A stretch of DNA of 64,000 bases from the human T2T-CHM13v2.0 reference genome, Homo sapiens, in assembly GCF_009914755.1 (NCBI RefSeq), contig NC_060945.1; one strand, 5' to 3'. Under the pieces are notes generated by a model. It had not been told where the DNA came from. It saw only the letters and a list, made by a program, of their open reading frames with translations, and searched no databases. Below are positions 54,371 through 64,000 of the stretch, one piece after another (positions within the stretch are counted from its first letter, which is position 1; every line of letters begins with the position of its first letter). Both the position numbers and the translations under genes were made by a program.

Positions 54371-57300
54371 GTGACATATCTCTGCACTGATCTCCCAGGT
54401 GCTATAACATTAGTCTAGACTCTGGCTACACGGCATTGTGACATATCACTGCACTGATCAACCAGGTGATATAACACTTGTCTAGGCCCTGCCTACAGGG
54501 GGCTTGTGACATATCTCTGCACTGATCACCCACGTGATATAACTCTTCTCTAGGATCTGCCTACAGGGTGCTTTGTGACATATCCCTGCAATGATCACCC
54601 AGGTGATCTAACTCTGGTTTTAGCTCTGCCTAAAGGGTCATTGTGACAGATCTCTGCACTGATCACTCAGGTGATGTAACTATTGTCTAGGCTCTGCTTA
54701 AAGGGGCCTTGTCACATACCTCTGCACTGATCACCCATGTGATGTAACTCTTGTCTAGCCTCTGCTTTCACGGCATATTGTGACATATCCATGCGCTGAT
54801 CACCTTAGTGATGTAACACTTGTGTAGGCTCGGCCTATAGGGGAATATTGACATATCTCTGCACTGTTAACCGAGGTGATTTAACTCTTGTCTAGGCTGT
54901 GCCCACAGGGGGATTGAGACATATCTCTGCACTGATCCCGAGGTGATCCAACTGTTGCCTGGTCTCTGCCTACTGGGGACATTGTGACATATCTCTGCAC
55001 TGATCTCCCAGGTGCTGTAACTTTAGTCTAGGCTCTGGCTACACGGCATTGTGACATATCAGTGCACTGACCACCCAGGTGATATAAATCTTGTCTAGGC
55101 TCTGCCTACAATGGCCTTGTGACATATCTCTGCACTGATCACCCAGGTGATATAACTCTTCTCTAGGATCTGACCACAGGGTGCTTTGTGGCATTTCCCT
55201 GCAATGATCACCCAGGTGATATACCACTTGCCAAGGCTCTGCCTACAGGGGCATTGCCATGTATCTCTGCACTGATCACCTCGGTCTTGTAACTCTTTTC
55301 TAGGATCTGCGCACAGGGTGCCTTGTGACGTATCCCAGCAAGGATTACCCAGGTGATGTACCTCTCATCAAGGCTCTGCCTACAGGCACATTGCGATGTA
55401 TCTCTGCACTGATCACCTAGGTCATGTAACTTTTGTCTAGGCTCTACCTACGATGGCATTGTGACATGTCTCTGCAGTAATCATCCAAGTGATGTTACAC
55501 TTGTCTAGGATCTGCCTTAATTAACTTTGTGACATAACCCTGTACTGATCATCCAGGTGATGGGGCTTTTGTCTAGGCTCTGCCTAAGGGGGCATTGTGA
55601 CATATTTCTGAATTGATCACCCAGGTGGCGAACTCTTCTCTTGGATCTGCCTATGGGGGCATTGTGACAAATCTCTGCACTGATCACCCAGGTGATGTAA
55701 CTGTTGTGTAACCTCTCCTACAGGGGAATTGTGAGAGATCTCTCCACTGATCACCCAAGTGATGTAACCATTGTCTAGGCTTTGCGTACAGGGGGCTTTG
55801 TGACATACCTTTGCACTGATCACCCAGGTGATGTAACACATCTAAGTTCGGCCTAAAGGAGCTTTGTGACATATCTCTGCACTGATCACTTAGCTGATGG
55901 AACACTTTTATAAGCACTGCCTACAGGGAATTTTGACAAATCTCTGCACTGATCACCTAGGTGATGTAACGCTTGTCTACCCTCTGTCCAACGGGGCATT
56001 GTGAAATATCTCTGCACTGATCACCCAGGTGATTCAACTCTTGACTAGGATCTGCCTACAGAGGTTATTGTGAAATATCTCTGCACTGATAAACTAGGTG
56101 GTGTAATCCTTATCGAAGCTCTGCCTACAGGGGCGTTTTCACATATCCCTGAAGTGATGACAAAGGTGATGTAACTCTTGCCTAGGCTTTGCCTACAGGG
56201 GACATAAGACATATATCTGCACTGATCACCCAGGTGATGCAACTCTAGCCTAGGCTTTGCCTACAGGGGACATTGTGACATATCGCTTCAGTGATCACCC
56301 ATGTGATGCAACTCTTGCCTTGGCTTTGCCTACAGGGCACATTGTGACAGAACTCTGCACTGATCTCCCAGGTGCTGTAACATTATTCTAGACTCTGGCT
56401 ACACGGCATTGTGACATATCACTGCACTGATCAACCAGGTGATATAACTCTTGTCTAGGCCCTGCCTACAGGGGGCTTGTGACATATCTCTGCACTGATC
56501 ACCCAGGTGATATAACTCTTCTCAAGGATCTGCCTACAGGGTGCTTTGTGACATATCCCTGCAATGATCACCCAGGTGATCTAACTCTGGTTTAAGCTTT
56601 GCCTAAAGGGTCATTGTGACAGATCTCTGCACTGATCACTCAGCTGATGTAACTATTGTCTAGGCTCTGCTTAAAGGGGCCTTGTCACATACCTCTGCAC
56701 TGATCACCCAGGTGATATAACTCTTGTCTAGCCTCTGCTTTCAGGGCATATTGTGACATATCCATGCGCTAATCACCTTAGTGATGTAACACTTGTGTAG
56801 GCTCGGCCTATAGGGGAATATTGACATATCTCTGCACTGTTAACCGAGGTGATTTAACTCTTGTCTAGGCTGTGCCCACAGGGGGATTGAGACATATATC
56901 TGCACTGATCCCGAGGTGATCCAACTGTTTCCTGGTCTCTGCCTACTGGGGATATTGTGACATATCTCTGCACTGATCTCCCAGGTGCTGTAACTTTAGT
57001 CTAGGCTCTGGCTACACGGCATTGTGACATATCACTGCACTGAACACCCAGGTGATATAAATCTTTTCTAGGCTCTGCCTACAATGGCCTTGTTACATAT
57101 CTCTGCACTGATCACCCAGGTGATATAACTCTTCTCTAGGATCTGACCACAGGGTGCTTTGTGGCATTTCCCTGCAATGATCACCCAGGTGATATACCAC
57201 TTGCCAAGGCTCTGCCTACAGGGGCATTGCAATGTATCTCTGCACTGATCACCTCGGTCTTGTAACTCTTTTCTAGGATCTGCCCACAGGGTGCCTTGTG

Positions 57301-60290
57301 ACGTATCGCAGCAAGGATTACCCAGGTGATGTACCTCTCATCAAGGCTCTGCCTACAGGCACATTGCGATGTATCTCTGCACTGATCACCTAGGTCATGT
57401 AACTTTCGTCTAGGCTCTGCCTACGATGGCATTGTGACATATCTCTGCACTAATCATCCAAGTGATGTAACCCTTGTCTAGGATCTGCCTAAATTAACTT
57501 TGTGACATAACCCTGTACTGATCATCCAGGTGATGGGGCTTTTGTCTAGGCTCTGCCTAAGGGGGCATTGTGACATATTTCTGCATTGATCACCCAGGTG
57601 GCGAACTCTTCTCTTGGATCTGCCTATGGGGGCATTGTGACAAATCTCTGCACTGATCACCCAGGTGATGTAACTGTTGTGTAACCTCTCCTACAGGGGA
57701 ATTGTGAGAGATCTCTCCACTGATCACCCAAGTGATGTAACCATTGTCTAGGCTTTGCGTACAGGGGGCTTTGTGACATACCTTTGCACTGATCACCCAG
57801 GTGATGTAACACATCTAAGTTCGGCCTAAAGGAGCTTTGTGACATATCTCTGCACTGATCACTTAGGTGATGGAACACTTTTATAAGCACTGCCTACAGG
57901 GAATTTTGACAAATCTCTGCACTGATCACCTAGGTGATGTAACGCTTGTCTACCCTCTGTCCAACGGGGCATTGTGAAATATCTCTGCACTGATCACCCA
58001 GGTGATTCAACTCTTGACTAGGATCTGCCTACAGAGGTTATTGTGAAATATCTCTGCACTGATAAACTAGGTGGTGTAATCCTTATCGAAGCTCTGCCTA
58101 CAGGGGCGTTTTCACATATCCCTGAAGTGATGACAAAGGTGATGTAACTCTTGCCTAGGCTTTGCCTACAGGGGACATAGGACATATATCTGCACTGATC
58201 ACCCAGGTGATGCAACTCTAGCCTAGGCTTTGCCTACAGGGGACATTGTGACATATCGCTTCAGTGATCACCCATGTGATGCAACTCTTGCCTTGGCTTT
58301 GCCTACAGGGCACATTGTGACATAACTCTGCACTGATCTCCCAGGTGCTGTAACATTAGTCTAGACTCTGGCTACACGGCATTGTGACATATCACTGCAC
58401 TGATCAACCAGGTGATATAACTCTTGTCTAGGCCCTGCCTACAGGGGGCTTGTGACATATCTCTGCACTGATCACCCAGGTGATATAACTCTTCTCTAGG
58501 ATCTGCCTACAGGGTGCTTTGTGACATATCCCTGAAATGATCACCCAGGTGATCTAACTCTGGTTTAAGCTCTGCCTAAAGGGTCATTGTGACAGATCTC
58601 TGCACTGATCACTCAGGTGATGTAACTATTGTCTAGGCTCTGCTTCAAGGGGCCTTGTCACATACCTCTGCACTGATCACCCAGGTGATGTAACTCTTGT
58701 CTAGCCTCTGCTTTCACGGCATATTGTGACATATCCATGCGCTGACCACCTTAGTGATGTAACACTTGTGTAGGCTCGGCCTACAGGGGAATATTGACAT
58801 ATCTCTGCACTGTTAACCGAGGTGATTTAACTCTTGTCTAGGCTGTGCCCACAGGGGGATTGAGACATATCTCTGCACTGATCCCGAGGTGATCCAACTG
58901 TTGCCTGGTCTCTGCCTACTGGGGACATTGTGACATATCTCTGCACTGATCTCCCAGGTGCTGTAACTTTAGTCTAGGCTCTGGCTACACGGCATTGTGA
59001 CATATCACTGCACTGATCACCGAGGTGATATAAATCTTGTCTAGGCTCTGCCTACAATGGCCTTGTGACATATCTCTGCACTGATCACCCAGGTGATATA
59101 ACTCTTCTCTAGGATCTGACCACAGGGTGCTTTGTGGCATTTCCCTGCAATGATCACCCAGGTGATATACCACTTGCCAAGGCTCTGCCTACAGGGGCAT
59201 TGCAATGTATCTCTGCACTGATCACCTCGGTCTTGTAACTCTTTTCTAGGATCTGCCCACAGGGTGCCTTGTGACGTATCCCAGCAAGGATTACCCAGGT
59301 GATGTACCTCTCATCAAGGCTCTGCCTACAGGCACATTGCGATGTATCTCTGCACTGATCACCTAGGTCATGTAACTTTTGTCTAGGCTCTGCCTACGAT
59401 GGCATTGTGACATATCTCTGCAGTAATCATCCAAGTGATGTAACCCTTGTCTAGGATCTGCCTAAATTAACTTTGTGACATAACCCTGTACTGATCATCC
59501 AGGTGATGGGGCTTTTGTCTAGGCTCTGCCTGAGGGGGCATTGTGACATATTTCTGCATTGATCACCCAGGTGGCGAACTCTTCTCTTGGATCTGCCTAT
59601 GGGGGCATTGTGACAAATCTCTGCACTGATCACCCAGGTGATGTAACTGTTGTGTAACCTCTGCCTACAGGGGAATTGTGAGAGATCTCGCCACTGATCA
59701 CCCAAGTGATGTAACCATTGTCTAGGCTTTGCGTACAGGGGGCTTTGTGACATACCTTTGCACTGATCACCCAGGTGATGTAACACATCTAAGTTCGGCC
59801 TAAAGGAGCTTTGTGACATATCTCTGCACTGATCACTTAGGTGATGGAACACTTTTATAAGCACTGCCTACAGCGAATTTTGACAAATCTCTGCACTGAT
59901 CACCTAGGTGATGTAACGCTTGTCTACCCTCTGTCCAACGGGGCATTGTGAAATATCTCTGCACTGATCACCCAGGTGATTCAACTCTTGAGTAGGATCT
60001 GCCTACAGAGGTTATTGTGAAATATCTCTGCACTGATAAACTTGGTGGTGTAATCATTACCGAAGCTCTGCCTGCAGGGGCGTTTTCACATATCCCTGAA
60101 GTGATGACAAAGGTGATGTAACTCTTGCCTAGGCTTTGCCTACAGGGGACATAGGACATATATCTGCACTGATCACCCAGGTGATGCAACTCTAGCCTAG
60201 GCTTTGCCTACAGGGGACATTGTGACATATCGCTTCAATGATCACCCATGTGATGCAACTCTTGCCTAGGCTTTGCCTACAGGGGACATT

Positions 60291-62264
60291 GTGACATATC
60301 TCTGCACTGATCTCCCAGGTGCTGTAACATTAGTCTAGACTCTGGCTACACGGCATTGTGACATATCACTGCACTGATCAACCAGGTGTTATAACTCTTG
60401 TCTAGGCCCTGCCTACAGGGGGCTTGTGACATATCTCTGCACTGATCACCCAGGTGATATAACTCTTCTCTAGGATCTGCCTACAGGGTGCTTTGCGACA
60501 TATCCCTGCAATGATCACCCAGGTGATCTAACTCTTGTTTAAGCTCTGCCTAAAGGGGCCTTGTGACAGATCTCTGCACTGATCACTCAGGTGATGTAAC
60601 TATTGTCTAGGCTCTGCTTCAAGGGGCCTTGTCACATACCTCTGCACTGATCACCCAGGTGATGTAACTCTTCTCTAGCCTCTGCTTTCACGGCATATTG
60701 TGACATATCCATGCGCTGATCACCTTAGTGATGTAACACTTGTGTAGGCTCGGCCTACAGGGGAATATTGACATATCTCTGCACTGTTAACTGAGGTGAT
60801 TTAACTCTTGTCTAGGCTGTGCCCACAGGGGGATTGAGACATGTCTCTGCACTGATCCCGAGGTGATCCAACTGTTGCCTGGTCTCTGCCTACTGGGGAC
60901 ATTGTGACATATCTCTGCACTGATCTCCCAGGTGCTGTAACTTTAGTCTAGGCTCTGGCTACACGGCATTGTGACATATCACTGCACAGATCACCCAGGT
61001 GATATAAATCTTGTCTAGGCTCTGCCTACAATGGCCTTGTGACATATCTCTGCACTGATCACCCATGTGATATAACTCTTCTCTAGGATCTGACCACAGG
61101 GTGCTTTGTGGCATTTCCCTGCAATGATCACCCAGGTGATATACCACTTGCCAAGGCTCTGCCTACAGGGGCATTGCAATGTATCTCTGCACTGATCACC
61201 TCGGTCTTGTAACTCTTTTCTAGGATCTGCCCACAGGGTGCCTTGTGACGTATCCCAGCAAGGATTACCCAGGTGATGTACCTCTCATCAAGGCTCTGCC
61301 TACAGGCACATTGCGATGTATCTCTGCACTGATCACCTAGGTCATGTAACTTTCGTCTAGGCTCTGCCTACGATGGCATTGTGACATATCTCTGCACTAA
61401 TCATCCAAGTGATGTAAACCTTGTCTAGGATCTGCCTAAATTAACTTTGTGACATAACCCTGTACTGATCATCCAGGTGATGGGGCTTTTGTCTAGGCTC
61501 TGCCTAAGGGGGTATTGTGACATATTTCTGCATTGATCACCCAGGTGGCGAACTCTTCTCTTGGATCTGCCTATGGGGGCAATTTGACAAATCTCTGCAC
61601 TGATCACCCAGGTGATGTAACTGTTGTGTAACCTCTGCCTACAGGGGAATTGTGAGAGATCTCGCCACTGATCACCCAAGTGATGTAACCATTGTCTAAG
61701 CTTTGCGTACAGGGGGCTTTGTGACATACCTTTGCACTGATCACCCAGGTGATGTAACACATCTAAGTTCGGCCTAAAGGAGCTTTGTGACATATCTCTG
61801 CACTGATCACTTAGGTGATGGAACACTTTTATAAGCACTGCCTACAGGGAATTTTGACAAATCTCTGCACTGATCACCTAGGTGATGTAACGCTTGTCTA
61901 CCCTCTGTCCAACGGGGCATTGTGAAATATCTCTGCACTGATCACCCAGGTGATTCAACTCTTGACTAGGATCTGCCTACAGAGGTTATTGTGAAATATC
62001 TCTGCACTGATAAACTAGGTGGTGTAATCCTTATCGAAGCTCTGCCTACAGGGGCGTTTTCACATATCCCTGAAGTGATGACAAAGGTGATGTAACTCTT
62101 GCCTAGGCTTTGCCTACAGGGGACATAGGACATATATCTGCACTGATCACCCAGGTGATGCAACTCTAGCCTAGGCTTTGCCTACAGGGGACATTGTGAC
62201 ATATCGCTTCAATGATCACCCATGTGATGCAACTCTTGCCTTGGCTTTGCCTACAGGGGACATT
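60291..62264. repeat. Representative canonical HOR unit: 1,974 bp, 29 monomers (M1-M29); about 32.4 units in the window; likely the ~2.0-kb acrocentric-type beta-satellite HOR
   Basis: I enumerated 29 monomers between successive M1 starts (60291 and 62265). Once-per-unit landmarks (CCTAAATTAACTTT, TTATCGAAG, GTTAACCGAGG, TTTTATAAGCAC) recur every 1,971-1,974 bp. The ORF track shows the same period (ends 18483, 20457, 22431 ... 44145). The acrocentric assignment is recalled knowledge, not verified. Confidence 0.95.
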
Positions 62265-64000
62265 GTGACATATCTCTGCACTGATCTCCCAGGTGCTGTA
62301 ACATTAGTCTAGACTCTGGCTACACGGCATTGTGACATATCACTGCACTGATCAACCAGGTGATATAACTCTTGTCTAGGCCCTGCCTACAGGGGGCTTG
62401 TGACATATCTCTGCACTGATCACCCAGGTGATATAACTCTTCTCTAGGATCTGCCTACAGGGTGCTTTGTGACATATCCCTGCAATGATCACCCAGGTGA
62501 TCTAACTCTTGTTTAAGCTCTGCCTAAAGGGCCATTTTGACAGATCTCTGCACTGATCACTCAGGTGATGTAACTATTGTCGAGGCTCTGCTTAAAGGGG
62601 CCTTGTCACATACCTCTGCACTGATCACCCAGGTGATGTAACTCTTGTCTAGCCTCTGCTTTCACGGCATATTGTGACATATCCATGCGCTGATCACCTT
62701 AGTGATGTAACACTTGTGTAGGCTCGGCCTACAGGGGAATATTGACATATCTCTGCACTGTTAACCGAGGTGATTTAACTCTTGTCTAGGCTGTGCCCAC
62801 AGGGGGATTGAGACATATCTCTGCACTGATCCCGAGGTGATCCAACTGTTGCCTGGTCTCTGCCTACTGGGGACATTGTGACATATCTCTGCACTGATCT
62901 CCCAGGTGCTGTAACTTTAGTCTAGGCTCTGGCTACACGGCATTGTGACATATCACTGCACTGATCACCGAGGTGATATAAATCTTGTCTAGGCTCTGCC
63001 TACAATGGCCTTGTGACATATCTCTGCACTGATCACCCAGGTGATATAACTCTTCTCTAGGATCTGACCACAGGGTGCTTTGTGGCATTTCCCTGCAATG
63101 ATCACCCAGGTGATATACCACTTGCCAAGGCTCTGCCTACAGGGGCATTGCAATGTATCTCTGCACTGATCACCTCGGTCTTGTAACTCTTTTCTAGGAT
63201 CTGCCCACAGGGTGCCTTGTGACGTATCCCAGCAAGGATTACCCAGGTGATGTACCTCTCATCAAGGCTCTGCCTACAGGCACATTGCGATGTATCTCTG
63301 CACTGATCACCTAGGTCATGTAACTTTTGTCTAGGCTCTGCCTACGATGGCATTGTGACATATCTCTGCAGTAATCATCCAAGTGATGTAACCCTTGTCT
63401 AGGATCTGCCTAAATTAACTTTGTGACATAACCCTGTACTGATCATCCAGGTGATGGGGCTTTTGTCTAGGCTCTGCCTAAGGGGGCATTGTGACATATT
63501 TCTGCATTGATCACCCAGGTGGCGAACTCTTCTCTTGGATCTGCCTATGGGGGCATTGTGACAAATCTCTGCACTGATCACCCAGGTGATGTAACTGTTG
63601 TGTAACCTCTGCCTACAGGGCAATTGTGAGAGATCTCGCCACTGATCACCCAAGTGATGTAACCATTGTCTAGGCTTTGCGTACAGGGGGCTTTGTGACA
63701 TACCTTTGCACTGATCACCCAGGTGATGTAACACATCTAAGTTCGGCCTAAAGGAGCTTTGTGACATATCTCTGCACTGATCACTTAGGTGATGGAACAC
63801 TTTTATAAGCACTGCCTACAGGGAATTTTGACAAATCTCTGCATTGATCACCTAGGTGATGTACTTGTCTACCCTCTGCCCAACGGTGCATTGTGAAATA
63901 TCTCTGCACTGATCACCCAGGTGATTCAACTCTTGACTAGGATCTGCCTACAGAGGTTATTGTGAAATATCTCTGCACTGATAAACTAGGTGGTGTAATC

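Larger units (their letters stand above)
1..64000. repeat. Beta satellite (68-bp Sau3A / BSR-Beta) tandem array, single orientation, extending beyond both window edges
   Basis: Continuous 66-69 bp monomers with consensus GTGACATATCTCTGCACTGATCACCCAGGTGATGTAACTCTTGTCTAGGCTCTGCCTACAGGGGCATT. Most monomers contain GATC (Sau3A). This is the recognisable hominoid beta-satellite consensus. No unique sequence was seen anywhere. Confidence 0.97.

Noticed and set aside
584-63812. Recurring minus-strand ORFs (137, 65 and 62 aa) with HHLGDQC / YITWVISAEICH motifs
   Set aside because: They are translations of the satellite monomer in shifting frames. The 137-aa ORF starts at GTG. Copies are freely broken by frameshifts, stops and a deletion, and many variants change amino acids. 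No recognisable domain is present.
1-64000. CRISPR-like appearance (about 38-bp palindromic part ending GTAAC plus about 30-bp variable part)
   Set aside because: The would-be spacers are homologous to each other and recur every 1,974 bp, the would-be repeats are themselves diverged, and there are no cas genes or leader. The sequence is beta satellite.
1-64000. Alpha satellite, CENP-B boxes, HSat or D4Z4/LSau-associated sequence
   Set aside because: No 171-bp period, no CATTC runs and no GC-rich LSau/DUX4-like segment were seen.
1-64000. Transposon insertion, inversion or unique island hidden in the array
   Set aside because: Landmark spacing accounts for all length (1,971-1,974 bp per unit apart from the two deletions), orientation never flips, and there are no poly-A tails or target-site duplications.

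Overview
The whole 64 kb window is one uninterrupted, single-orientation tandem array of primate (most likely human) beta satellite (68-bp Sau3A/BSR family). It is organised as a 1,974-bp higher-order repeat (HOR) of 29 diverged monomers (M1-M29, numbered here from the unit at 60291-62264), about 32.4 copies. This matches the ~2.0-kb beta-satellite HOR class described for the acrocentric short arms; the assignment is from recall and was not database-checked. I find no credible genes, RNA genes, transposon insertions, inversions or CRISPR array, and every ORF in the track is a by-product of the repeat. I cannot support a new protein-coding system. The interesting content is structural and mutational. 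(i) Nested periodicities occur at 28, 68, 137, 613, 1,974 and 5,922 bp (an incipient super-HOR). (ii) Two monomer-precise deletion variants are present (a 26-mer and a 28-mer), one with a junction mappable to a single base step in the monomer's dyad. (iii) There are sharp haplotype domains and long-range shared variants. (iv) At least 13 distinct tandem double-base substitutions distinguish HOR copies, including Pol zeta-type changes. All comparisons were made by eye.
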